The position numbers and the translations under genes were made by a program. A DNA stretch of 64,000 nt, from assembly GCA_034933245.1 (NCBI GenBank), contig JAYFNX010000004.1:9684-73683 (forward strand). Direction: 5' to 3'. Within the stretch, counting starts at the first letter, position 1. The number at the start of each line of letters is the position of its first letter. Positions 9,756 to 19,648 of this stretch are shown here, in pieces. The notes beneath the pieces are model-generated. The model ran no database searches. It was not told the DNA's origin and was given only the letters and a program-made list of their open reading frames with translations. This DNA comes from Candidatus Pelethousia sp. Lineage in GTDB: Bacteria; Bacillota; Clostridia; Christensenellales; CAG-138.

Positions 9756-10160
9756 CTAAACAAAGCAGTTGAAGGGGATTCTCCCACTCATGCAGGGAGC
9801 CATTTGAGATAACTGTAGCAAAGCTTTCGTCCTCAAATGCATCTCCATGCAGTTCCCCAGTGTATAGCGGGCGGGAATTCCGTATGTGGCAGCGTTTTTT
9901 TCCGCGAAACGGATCATGGCGGGGCTAATCTCGCAGCCGGTAAGGGAGGATGGATGCAGCTTCTTCGCCAGGTCCAGGCCAACGTAACCGGATCCAGGGC
10001 CGATCTCCAGCATATCGCCCCCTTTGATTCCGGAAGAGATCATGCCGTCCACTCCGTTCCAGCCCTTATCCCGCATGCTGCGGGCAAACAGGTCGAAAGT
10101 CTCTACGGTGCTCTCGTTTTGAATGCCCTCGTTGGTTTCAAGAACTCTAGCCTTAACCAT
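9756..10160 (-). pseudogene. Class I SAM-dependent methyltransferase, frameshifted and truncated
   Basis: LEIGPGSG motif I. Frameshift near 9839; the alternative frame continues FEDESFATVISNGSLHEWENP and then loses homology where the integrase remnant begins. Confidence 0.8.
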
Positions 10161-10700
10161 TTGTGTTATCCTCCTTTAATCGATGCAGGGATTGTTCGGC
10201 CCAGGCAAGTTCCGCTTGATAATGGTGGATATGATGCGCAAAAATGATATCGGCAGAAGTTCGGTATGCCTTGGGGATATGATCCAACGTTCCTTGTCTA
10301 TGGGCTACCAGCCCCGGAAAGGATCTGCTTCAGCCTCGCGGCGTGGCGGCGCAGGCTGTCCGCCAACGCGCCTTCTTCCAGCGCGTCGGGAAAATACAGC
10401 GTACCGTCAATGTCCAAGGTGGGCCGGTATTCAATTTGCAAGGTCTGCAAAAGCAGTTCCCGAAATTTGTCCGCGCCGGCGCCATGCACCTGATACACGG
10501 CTTTCTCCGGACGCGAGCCCTGCTTATCGCGGTGGCCGGTGATGAGGCCCGCGGCCTCCATTTTATCCAGACGGTAATAGACCGTAGGCAGCTTAATCTG
10601 CGTAAAGTCCTCCAGCTGCTCCTCAATTAGCTTTTTAATCTGATATCCGTGCTGGGGGACCGAACCGTAAAAGAAGGCCGAGGATATAAAGTGGGATCAT
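10153..10700 (-). pseudogene. PadR-family transcriptional regulator, two frameshifts
   Basis: MIPLYILGLLLRFGP / QHGYQIKKLIEEQLEDFTQIKLPTVYYRLDKMEAAGLI...RPEKAVY. Frameshifts in the G5 run at 10654-10658 and the C4 run near 10312-10315. Restored stop overlaps the methyltransferase start. Confidence 0.8.
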
Positions 10701-10718
10701 GCAATCCCTTCTTTCCAT

Positions 10719-10766
10719 AATAGTCAGTGCTGCGTATAGTTATACGCAGCACTGACTATTTGTCAA
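10719..10766 (-). promoter_or_regulatory. Promoter with perfect 20-bp inverted repeat (probable PadR operator)
   Basis: AATAGTCAGTGCTGCGTATA-GT-TATACGCAGCACTGACTATT overlapping minus-strand TTGACA-N16-TATAAC just upstream of padR. Confidence 0.7.
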
Positions 10767-10870
10767 ATAAAAATAGGAGGTGATGGAATTATAATTTCAG
10801 CTACCTGCTTAAAAAAACGGCTCCCAGAACGTCAGTATATTATAAACATGATGCAAGTCCGCAATTTGCG

Positions 10871-12679
10871 CTATACCAATTTCTGTGCTTCAATCTTCTC
10901 ATTTAGTTCGTTCAGATAGACCCATCTCTCCGTTTTTACTTCCAGTTCGGCTTCCATTAGCTCCATTTTTGCCATAAGCTCCTGCAAACGTACATAATCG
11001 CTGGCAGCTTCTTCGGTAATTTGTTTAGTGCATGCGGCTATGTTGGCCTCTAATGCGGCGATATCGCCATCAATTGTCTGAAATTCTTGCTGTTCTTTAA
11101 ACGTGAACCGCAATTTTTTTGGCCTTTCCGCGTTCTCGCATATTCGGGATACCGCTAAATGTGAAGGGGATGCTTCCTTTTTTGCTTCAGGGAGGTGCGC
11201 CGCTGCCCGCAGCTCCGCATATTCGGTATAATTGCCCGTGTAGCAGGCAATTTTGCCTTCGCCGTTCACCTCGAAAATCAAGGTTGCTATTTTATCCAAG
11301 AAATAGCGATCGTGAGAGACCGCAATGACAGCCCCGGGGAAGGTATCGAGATAATCCTCTAGGATAGCTAACGTCTCAATATCCAGATCGTTGGTGGGTT
11401 CATCCAGCAGCAGGATATTGGGCGCTGCAATAAGTATACTCAGAAGATACAGCCTTCTTCTTTCACCACCGCTGAGCCTGCCGATGGAGGTATACTGCAG
11501 ATCGGAGGTGAACAAAAACCGCTCCAGCATTTGGGATGCTGAGAATGTGCCTTCTGAAGTTTTGGTTTCGCTCGCAACGGCGGTGATAAAATCGTAAACC
11601 CGCAGGTTAGGGTCCAGTTCACGCCCCTCCTGTGAGAAATAGCCGATTCGTACGGTAGAGCCTACCGCCACCATACCCTCGTCCGGAGTTAGCTCCCCCG
11701 CGATGATATTTAGCAATGTGGTTTTACCTACACCGTTTTTTCCTACAATGCCGATGCGGTCATTCCGTTGGATATGATAGGAAAAATGATCGATGACCGT
11801 GCGGCTGCCAAAGGATTTTACAATGTCGTCAAGCTCAATCAGCTTTCGCCCCAAGCGGCTGGATACAGTTGCCATCTGTACCGCGGCATCCGTTACAGGC
11901 GCTGATTGATCCTTTAGGGTATCATATCGCTCTATGCGATCATGGCTCTTTGTTGAACGCGCCCTGGCACCACGCATGATCCACTGATATTCCTTACGTA
12001 AAATCGCCTGCCGCTTGCGTTCGCTAGCTTGGGCCATCTCAGCGCGCTGCGCTTTGAGTTCCAGGTATTTTGAATAATTGGCCTCATACGTATATAGCTT
12101 GGAATGGGATAGCTCGGTAATGCGGGTTGCAACCCGCTCAAGAAAATAGCGGTCATGGGTTACCATAATCAAGCCGCCGGTAAAACGGCTCAAGCGTTGC
12201 TCCAGCCAAATCGTCATGTCACTGTCGAGATGGTTGGTTGGTTCGTCCAATATGAGAACGTCTGCGGGATGAATAAGCGTTGCGGAAAGCGCCACGCGCT
12301 TACGCTGCCCGCCTGACAATGTCCCTATTTTCGCTTCGTAATCCGTAATCCCCAGCCGTGTCAGCATGGATACCACTTCGTACTTATTAATTTCACGAAA
12401 TTGCGGGGAGAACTCCGAGAATACTTGCTCCAGCACGGTAAGATCATCGTTCATCACCGGATTTTGTGAAAGATAGGCAATCCGCAGATTGGGATTGACG
12501 GAAACAGAGCCTTCGTCAGTCGGCTCTATGCCGGCTAAAATTTTCAGCAGCGTACTTTTTCCCGTGCCATTGATCCCCACAATGCCGATATGGTCCCTTT
12601 CATTCAGGTATAGGGAGACATCCCGCAGCAGTTGTTTGGTTCCGTAATTCTTTGAAATATGTTCCGCAGATAATAGCAT
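10871..12679 (-). CDS. ABC-F family ATPase (Uup-like)
   Basis: Two ABC domains (GINGTGKST/LSGGQ/LDEPTNHLD and GKNGVGKTT/LSGGE/LDEPTNDLD), no TM segments, C-terminal coiled coil. Confidence 0.9.
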   Translation of the reverse strand: MLLSAEHISKNYGTKQLLRDVSLYLNERDHIGIVGINGTGKSTLLKILAGIEPTDEGSVSVNPNLRIAYLSQNPVMNDDLTVLEQVFSEFSPQFREINKYEVVSMLTRLGITDYEAKIGTLSGGQRKRVALSATLIHPADVLILDEPTNHLDSDMTIWLEQRLSRFTGGLIMVTHDRYFLERVATRITELSHSKLYTYEANYSKYLELKAQRAEMAQASERKRQAILRKEYQWIMRGARARSTKSHDRIERYDTLKDQSAPVTDAAVQMATVSSRLGRKLIELDDIVKSFGSRTVIDHFSYHIQRNDRIGIVGKNGVGKTTLLNIIAGELTPDEGMVAVGSTVRIGYFSQEGRELDPNLRVYDFITAVASETKTSEGTFSASQMLERFLFTSDLQYTSIGRLSGGERRRLYLLSILIAAPNILLLDEPTNDLDIETLAILEDYLDTFPGAVIAVSHDRYFLDKIATLIFEVNGEGKIACYTGNYTEYAELRAAAHLPEAKKEASPSHLAVSRICENAERPKKLRFTFKEQQEFQTIDGDIAALEANIAACTKQITEEAASDYVRLQELMAKMELMEAELEVKTERWVYLNELNEKIEAQKLV

Positions 12680-12986
12680 TATTTCTCCCTATATTCAAGT
12701 ATTCAAGCAGCTGCAGTTGCGCGCCCGGTTGTTTTTCCGCCCTTAATCCGAAAACTCCGTATTGTTCGAAAATCCGCGACAATACTAAAAACTTCTGTGT
12801 AGCCAACTGCAATATGCCCACCGGTTCAGCAGCATCTGAATTATCTTATCATCATTATAGAACGAAGTCACCCTATTATCCGAAAAACCCAAAGCAAGAC
12901 AATATCGCTCCCGGCATGATATAATTCATGCTGTTGCTGCTTTTGCGGCAGCCTTCTTTATATCATAAACAGTGTGAGGTTATTAC

Positions 12987-14114
12987 ATGAACGAAAAAGG
13001 GGTACGGGAGATCCGGCGTCGTTTCAGACCGGATAAAAGTATGATTGGCAGGGTATACGGCTGTTATGTCAATGAGGACAGAAAAATTGTCGCTACATTT
13101 GAAGAGTTCCTTTCCGGCATGCCGCAGGAGGAGTCGGAACGCTTTCTTTCCCTTTTGAAAAAGGCTTTATCCGGTTCTCTTGGAAAGAATCTTGTCAATA
13201 TAGAATTCAGCGCAAAACAGGTGATGAACAGCGACGAGCATAAGCTGCTTTCCATGCTCCGCCAGGATGGGCTAAAGAATTTGGATATGCTGCAAACTTT
13301 CTATCAGCGTGTCTCTGAATCTCTCAACATGGGTGGCAATTATCTTATCCTTCTGACCCACGATGTATATACTGTGCCTTACAGAGCCACGGACGGCGAG
13401 ATACAGAAGGATGCATCCGACGAGGAATTCAGCTACATCCTTTGCAGCATATGCCCGGTGAAGTTGACTCCAAAAGAGCTAAGCTACCGGCTAACCGAGA
13501 ACCGCTTTCACACCACGCAAGGCTCAATCGTATCCGCACCGGAATTGGGCTTTCTGTTTCCAGCCTTCGATGATAGAGCCGCCAACATTTATGGGGCGTT
13601 GTACTATATGAAAAACGCTACGGAGAATCATCAGGAATTTATCGATGCGGTATTCCATGTGGAGCCGCCCATGCCCGCTGCAGCACAGAAGGAGATTTTC
13701 CAAGCCATATTGGCAGAAACACTCAGGGAGGATTGCAGCCTCGAGGTGGTGCAGGCTGTCCATGAGCATCTGCGCGAAAGGATAGAGCAGCACAAGGAAA
13801 GCAAGGAGCCCGAACAACTTCTGCTCTCGCAAAGGGAAATGGGAGCGGTGCTGCTGGAATGCGGCGTATCTACAGAGCATGTGCAAGCCTTTTCCGCTAC
13901 CGTTGAAGCGCATTTCGGCACGGATGCGCAGCTTATGCCCGCCAACGTGATTGACAAAAAGCAGTTTGTCATTCGCACGCCCGATTTGGTGATCAAGGTT
14001 GATCCAGAGCGGAGTGACCTCATCGAAACACGGGTGATCGACGGAAGCAGATATATACTGATTCCCGCAGATACCGGCGTGGAAGTCAATGGGGTAAGCG
14101 TAAAGATGGGCTGA
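12987..14114 (+). CDS. DUF4317-family protein
   Basis: EIRRRF, YGCYV, LSGSLGKNL, GFLFPAFDDR and terminal VEVNGV motifs of this clostridial family. Confidence 0.8.
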   Translation: MNEKGVREIRRRFRPDKSMIGRVYGCYVNEDRKIVATFEEFLSGMPQEESERFLSLLKKALSGSLGKNLVNIEFSAKQVMNSDEHKLLSMLRQDGLKNLDMLQTFYQRVSESLNMGGNYLILLTHDVYTVPYRATDGEIQKDASDEEFSYILCSICPVKLTPKELSYRLTENRFHTTQGSIVSAPELGFLFPAFDDRAANIYGALYYMKNATENHQEFIDAVFHVEPPMPAAAQKEIFQAILAETLREDCSLEVVQAVHEHLRERIEQHKESKEPEQLLLSQREMGAVLLECGVSTEHVQAFSATVEAHFGTDAQLMPANVIDKKQFVIRTPDLVIKVDPERSDLIETRVIDGSRYILIPADTGVEVNGVSVKMG

Positions 14115-14514
14115 AGAATTGAGTTAACCGAATAGTAGGTGGCATTTTCTCTATCCCCGCATAGTTCGGTAAAACTATTGCTGTAACTGCCTTTTGGCCG
14201 CATTGTTTTCCATAGTATTCTCTATGCTGGTATACGTTTCCCTAAGTTTCGTATTGCGACAGTATAACGCGACACCACATAAAAGCCCTGCCCGTTTTAT
14301 AAGGCATGGCTTTATTTTTTGGAATCCCGAAGGTTGCTCTCTTTATGATACGAAACGCATGCAGTCTCGCAGCTGCTGGGTTTGCGCATCCCCTTCGTGA
14401 AAAATGAAAGGCTTTTGTTTTTGCGTAATGCGCCATATTGATTCGCAACGAGGTAAATGAAAGCCGGATCACAACGCCATATAGGAGGGATACACATGCC
14501 TTCGTCCATTGCTC

Positions 14515-14979
14515 TCACGCAAGCCCATCCGGTAAGCGTTTGGCGGGCGGTTGCTCGGTGTCGCTGCGTAGTACGCGAAATTCCTGCACCATCTCGAAGG
14601 AGCCAACCGCAATGCCATTCGCAAAGTGTAGGCCCTTTTGATCAAAGCCGAGGTGATAAACGATGTCATCGTGCTTGATGGCTTCAACCTCCTGTACGAT
14701 AGCAAAACGACCATCCTCGCATTGTAGCGCGTCACCACAGCCAACCTCACAAGCTTGTTTTACACCGGTAGATGTCATCACAACGCTATTTGGCGATAGC
14801 TTGATGGGCGAGGCGCTCTTAACTTGAATTTGGAGAAGCGTTGCATCACGACCCAAAAGGATATTGGTAACAACGAGAATCTTACCGTCACCCATTATCC
14901 GGTCACCTATGGCGATATGCTCGATATATCGCCAACTGCCGTCTGCCATCGTAACCCGCGTATCCTTTGCAAATCCCAT
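14515..14979 (-). CDS. Stand-alone Hint (intein-like) domain protein lacking catalytic residues
   Basis: GFAKDTRVTMADGSWRYIEHIAIGDRI (block A), VYHL...FANGIAV (blocks F/G). GAGGG RBS, and an in-frame stop 8 codons upstream. Confidence 0.75.
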   Translation of the reverse strand: MGFAKDTRVTMADGSWRYIEHIAIGDRIMGDGKILVVTNILLGRDATLLQIQVKSASPIKLSPNSVVMTSTGVKQACEVGCGDALQCEDGRFAIVQEVEAIKHDDIVYHLGFDQKGLHFANGIAVGSFEMVQEFRVLRSDTEQPPAKRLPDGLA

Positions 14980-15429
14980 CAAAATACCCTCGCTTTCTAT
15001 TTGTTACAATTCTGTTCCACCAATCACTAAATATAATCCATCCCTAGGGGTAACATTGCTATTCCTGATTTTTGAATCGCACATTCTTTCTAGAACCTAT
15101 CGTTGGACGAATTCCGCATTCTTGCTAAGCTACCTATGCTATTGAATCAAATGGGGATATGCGATTGGTTCGCCCGAATTGTATCATAAATGGGAAGGCG
15201 TGTCTGTCACAGGCGTACATTCTCTCCATGCATCCATAAGCAATAGATGTATGCAAAGAGTTATAGGCAACGTTTTTTCAACCCCTCTTTTATACATCTA
15301 TCCGCGCAAAAAATCTTCTTTTTTTGTCTTACCATTAGCCGGTTCATCGTGCAAAACCGACTATGCAATTTGGTTGTTTATGCCTTATTTTCCGGATCTT
15401 TGCATGCCTTTGCGCTGTGCGGCGTTACC

Positions 15430-16524
15430 TTAGAAATCGAAGCCTTTCCATACCGGTTCTCCGGTATAAGGATGGGCATCTTCCTCTCCGCGCAGAACCC
15501 GCAGCACGGCGCCTGCCAGTTCCTCCTGTTCCATTTCACCGGGATAGACGGTGATTGTTGCAATCCAGCCACAACGGCTGCGGATGCCCTCCACAATGTC
15601 ATCAAAACGGACAAGCCCGCCGGTCAACAAAATGCCGTCCACTTTTCCGCAGAGTACGGCGCTCATAGCCCCGATTTCTTTGCAGATCTGATAAATCATG
15701 GCGTTCCACACCAAAACCGCTTTCCGGTCTCCGGCTTCCACCATGCTGTGGACCTTATCCGCATTGGAGGTTCCGAAGTGGCTGACAAAGCCTCCGGCAC
15801 GGGAGCACATGAGCCGAACCTCCTCCAGGGAATGCTGCTCAATATAGTCCAGCAGGCAGAGCACCGGTACACTGCCGATGCGGGTAGGGGCGTAGGGACC
15901 GTCTCCGCCTGAGCCTACGTTCCCGTCCACCATTTTCCCGCAGTCGTGGGCATTTATCGTCACGCCGCCGTCGATATGCGCAACCACAAAGCGGCAGTCC
16001 TCATAGCGCCTATGCATGGATTTTGCATGGTAAGAGGCGATTGCCTTTTGATTCAAGGCATGTGTCTGGGCATTCCGGTACAATCCGGCGATGCCGGTGA
16101 TACGGGCATAATCGCAAAGTTCATCAATATTGGTGGGGTTGAGCGTGAACATTTTCCCACCGTACTCCCTGCATAGCTCATAGGCCAACAGCACCCCCAG
16201 CTTTGCTGCGTGCTCGCTGCCGCCCACCGCATGCAATGTATCGAGGTAAAGCCGGTAGTCAATGGGCATTACACCTGCGCGCTGCGGGTAAGCGCTTCCG
16301 CCGCGACCTACAAATATATCTACACCCGCAGGAGCATACCCATTCCGCCGCAGCATGTTCAGAATCACTTGTTTACGGAAGGGAACTTGGTCGTTCACGG
16401 AGGGGTATTGCAGCAGGATCGAGGCGTCATGAAATTCGCTTTCCTCAAAAAGTAGAGTGTCATTTTCATACAGACTGAGTTTTGTGGAGGTGGAACCAGG
16501 GTTAATTACCAATATTTTCTTCAT
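15430..16524 (-). CDS. buk: Butyrate kinase
   Basis: ILVINPGSTSTK, VGRGG, HALNQKA and ILLTGG motifs, plus YPGEMEQEELA. Confidence 0.9.
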   Translation of the reverse strand: MKKILVINPGSTSTKLSLYENDTLLFEESEFHDASILLQYPSVNDQVPFRKQVILNMLRRNGYAPAGVDIFVGRGGSAYPQRAGVMPIDYRLYLDTLHAVGGSEHAAKLGVLLAYELCREYGGKMFTLNPTNIDELCDYARITGIAGLYRNAQTHALNQKAIASYHAKSMHRRYEDCRFVVAHIDGGVTINAHDCGKMVDGNVGSGGDGPYAPTRIGSVPVLCLLDYIEQHSLEEVRLMCSRAGGFVSHFGTSNADKVHSMVEAGDRKAVLVWNAMIYQICKEIGAMSAVLCGKVDGILLTGGLVRFDDIVEGIRSRCGWIATITVYPGEMEQEELAGAVLRVLRGEEDAHPYTGEPVWKGFDF

Positions 16525-16717
16525 GTTTCCTTCCTTCAAATATCTAAGATTTTAAAGTAATATACGTAATAACAATTAATTCGATTATATCAAATCTGAT
16601 TTTTTTTTCAACCGAGTCAACAAGACTGCCATGCAAATATTTTAGATATTAGTTTGATGCTACCATTATACGGATCTTTTTTTGCAAAACCCGCAGAATC
16701 CATAAGGACGGCGGAAA

Positions 16718-16744
16718 TTAGCACTCGGAACGGACGAGTGCTAA
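16718..16744 (+). promoter_or_regulatory. CIRCE element (HrcA operator)
   Basis: Perfect TTAGCACTC-N9-GAGTGCTAA upstream of hsp20. Confidence 0.95.
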
Positions 16745-16891
16745 AAGTTTGCTTTTGGATTGAGATGCCGTCAAACTGCCGTAACAATGCGACGCTATGA
16801 TAAGCATGTAAACAAAAAGGGCACGGTGGGCCGGACCGGAACGCCGCGCCGCAGATATGTAACGACGAAAACGAAAAAGGAGGTTTTCATC

Positions 16892-17326
16892 ATGCGTGGA
16901 CTGATTCCTTACCGCAGGAGCAATGGGGATGCAAACGGCATTGCCAACTATTTTGACGATTTTGAGAAGGCTTTCTTTGGCGGTATGCCAAGCTTTGGCT
17001 ATGGCACCTTCCGGACAGATGTGATGGATAAAGGCGATCATTTTCTGCTAAAGACGGATTTGCCAGGCGTAGCCAAGGAGGATATCCACCTGGATATCCA
17101 TGGCGACGACTTGATGATAAGCGTACAGCACGAGGAAAGCAAGGAAGAAAAGAAAGAGAACTTTCTCCGCCGTGAGCGGGCATACGGCTCGTATTGCCGC
17201 AGTTTCGATATCTCCGATGTCGATGCGGATAAGATCAAGGCTGCCTATCATAACGGCGTATTGGAGCTTACCCTGCCCAAACGGGGCGATCAAGCCTTGC
17301 GGGGAAAACAAATCCAGATTGATTAA
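16892..17326 (+). CDS. Hsp20/alpha-crystallin small heat-shock protein
   Basis: AGGAGG RBS. DLPG, RRERAYGSYCRSF and AAYHNGVLELTLPK motifs, with a terminal IQI (IxI) motif. Confidence 0.93.
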   Translation: MRGLIPYRRSNGDANGIANYFDDFEKAFFGGMPSFGYGTFRTDVMDKGDHFLLKTDLPGVAKEDIHLDIHGDDLMISVQHEESKEEKKENFLRRERAYGSYCRSFDISDVDADKIKAAYHNGVLELTLPKRGDQALRGKQIQID

Positions 17327-17360
17327 TTTCCAGCATGCCTGCCGGCCGCCACAGGCTGCC

Positions 17361-17389
17361 GAAAAAGCCCAGCTTAGCTGGGCTTTTTC
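17361..17389 (+). terminator. Intrinsic terminator after hsp20
   Basis: GAAAAAGCCCAGCT-T-AGCTGGGCTTTTTC hairpin. Confidence 0.85.
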
Positions 17390-17675
17390 CATTTTATCTG
17401 ATAAAATGCGAGTTGGATTGCGCGGGAGCTGATGGAAGAGGCGAAAGCCGACGGGGAATCGGATGGAAAGCTGCCGGTTGACGAGGATGGGCGGGCTCCC
17501 GCGCCATCCGCAAGCGGTGAGCGGGCGCCTTTTATGCGGTATACAATACGGTTTCCCTCATCTACCGGCGCGGCGATCAGCCAAATGCGTGTCCCCGGAA
17601 GGATTCGGGCTTACCAACACCCGCAAAGACATTGCGCGCAATAGCTTTGATAAATGCAGGCACCACAAGGTGGAA

Positions 17676-18371
17676 TTATAAAAACGATCTTCTTTCCAGC
17701 CATTCCCGTAACGACCGGATGATTGCCGCAAGTATCAGAAACAGACCCACCAAGAAAAACGTGCTCACAGAGTAAAGAGACCATGAAAACATCTTGGTGC
17801 CAAATGTGATATGCTGAAAGTATTCTATCAGCATGGAGCTTGCGCCTAGCGCGGCAAGAAGGCCTCCGATAATAAACAGCTTTCCGCCATTGACATAGCG
17901 GAACAAGATAACTGCCGTGGTTGTCAGTATGCCCAACAGCATAACCACCGGGAATGCAAAAGAAAGAAACCAATCCCCGTGATTATACAGGCAGACATAT
18001 AGCAAGAAAGCGCTGGCGGCGAGGAAACTAACCGGTACGAAGACTACGGGATTGGGGTGGTGAAACCATAACGGTAAAACGACACCGATGTACAGAGCGG
18101 CAATGCCGCTCATCACATAACCGGACCAACGGATGGCCCCATAAGTGCGCAGACAAAAAATCAGGCTCACGATGCCCACGATGGTCAATACAATCGTAAG
18201 AAAAATCGCGGCTGGAATTTTTTCATTCTCCTTCTTTTTCGGATACACGGAAGAATACCCGTCATTTGCTTTTTTAATTTGAGCATCTTCAGGAAGCCGG
18301 ACAGGGGTGGCGCATAAGGGGCAGCGCTCTGTACCGTCCGTTAACCTGACGCCGCACTTTATACAGTACAT
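17676..18371 (-). CDS. Zinc-ribbon membrane protein (DUF6320-like)
   Basis: N-terminal CIKC...CPLC ribbon followed by about 6 TM helices. Confidence 0.7.
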   Translation of the reverse strand: MYCIKCGVRLTDGTERCPLCATPVRLPEDAQIKKANDGYSSVYPKKKENEKIPAAIFLTIVLTIVGIVSLIFCLRTYGAIRWSGYVMSGIAALYIGVVLPLWFHHPNPVVFVPVSFLAASAFLLYVCLYNHGDWFLSFAFPVVMLLGILTTTAVILFRYVNGGKLFIIGGLLAALGASSMLIEYFQHITFGTKMFSWSLYSVSTFFLVGLFLILAAIIRSLREWLERRSFL

Positions 18372-18373
18372 GG

Positions 18374-19648
18374 TTAAGCACCTCGCAGTTTACTTTCAAT
18401 GGTCACGGGAACGCCCAACTCCACAAGCCGGGAGAAGAAACGCTGTTCCAGCTCGGTTTCCCGAATGTTTCGTATCATGCTCACATAGGTTGCGTTGCCT
18501 AAACTTACAACGGAGCAATTGTTTGGATAGCTATATTGCACGCCGATAATGAACTCCATCCGCTCCACATAAGGCCGCATGGGTTCCGGAATTTTAACGA
18601 CCCCGAGATTCGATACGTTCAGGCAGCCTTTGGTCTCCCCAACATGCGCATACACCATGCGCAGGAAAAGGTTTTTGATGAACAGCGGCATAATCCGCAG
18701 AATCGTCAGCCGCTGCGGTATGACGTTAGCCGCGATTCTCGCCGCCATAAGCTGGGGCATCGCTTCGGCGGATAATTGGGCGGAGATGCTGTTGCACAGA
18801 TCCCCCAATGTAAAAGCGCCCAATTTGGGATCAACCCCGGGATTCAGCGTGAGCGCAAAGTTGCGCAGCGTTTTGCTTCCGTAAAGACGGCGAAGATTGA
18901 CCGGTACGGTGATTTTCACGGGTTTTGGCCGCCTGCGCGGTGCGTGCTTCGCCTGCATCTCCATGATGGCCTGCGCCATAACGGCCACCAAAAAAACCGT
19001 AACGGTAGCTTGATAGCCGTGCGCGGCTTCTACCAGCTTGTCCGTGGGCAAAATACCGGTAATAAGATGCCGTACGCCATCTTTTTCATGGGTGCCCCTT
19101 AGGCGGTAGGAATTCGGTTCGGACCGGCTCATGGCGTGCCGGCCGCTATAGCGCAGGAAACTGTCTTCCATTTCTTCCGGCTGGGGCTCTTGCACAATAT
19201 CCAGTATATCATCCGAAGCCGGGATATCGATGCCGTATTTTAAGGCAAGATACCGGGCTGCCAGCGTTTTTAAATAGATCATGCCCCCCGTGCCGTCGGT
19301 CAGCGCGTGAAAAAACTCCACGGCAATGCGATTTCGATAATACAGAATTCGCAGGCAGCAGGAGCGGAGCTCTTTTGTGCCCATATGGGTCAGCGGATAA
19401 GCGAAATCCTGGCCTACCTTCAGCGGGGTTCTGATTTCTTCCAGGTAGTACCAGAATATGCCGGTGCGCAGCCGCATGTATAAGGAGGGAAAGCGGGGCA
19501 TCAGGTCGTCCGCCGCCTGTTGCAGCACGGCGGGGTCTATGGGTTCCCGCAGCGAGATGGACTGCCGGAAGACATTGCACCAGCCGGGACGCTTGACCGC
19601 AGGAAAAATTAAAGCGGCGTTATCGAGCCGCAGCCAGAATTTGCTCAT
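18374..19648 (-). CDS. Alcohol acetyltransferase / condensation-fold acyltransferase
   Basis: WLRLDNAALIFP start, HxxxD motif (FHALTDGTGG), VPVNLR and SNLG. ATGA overlap with the esterase stop. Confidence 0.8.
   Translation of the reverse strand: MSKFWLRLDNAALIFPAVKRPGWCNVFRQSISLREPIDPAVLQQAADDLMPRFPSLYMRLRTGIFWYYLEEIRTPLKVGQDFAYPLTHMGTKELRSCCLRILYYRNRIAVEFFHALTDGTGGMIYLKTLAARYLALKYGIDIPASDDILDIVQEPQPEEMEDSFLRYSGRHAMSRSEPNSYRLRGTHEKDGVRHLITGILPTDKLVEAAHGYQATVTVFLVAVMAQAIMEMQAKHAPRRRPKPVKITVPVNLRRLYGSKTLRNFALTLNPGVDPKLGAFTLGDLCNSISAQLSAEAMPQLMAARIAANVIPQRLTILRIMPLFIKNLFLRMVYAHVGETKGCLNVSNLGVVKIPEPMRPYVERMEFIIGVQYSYPNNCSVVSLGNATYVSMIRNIRETELEQRFFSRLVELGVPVTIESKLRGA

Noticed and set aside
14484..14678. 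AGGAGG RBS and ATG (14496) opening a short ORF antisense to the Hint gene
   Set aside because: Almost wholly overlaps the Hint ORF and has no recognisable protein features. At most a gene-start remnant.
16760..16891. N-terminal extension of Hsp20 in the ORF track
   Set aside because: The AGGAGG RBS precedes ATG 16892; the extension lies in the promoter/leader region.
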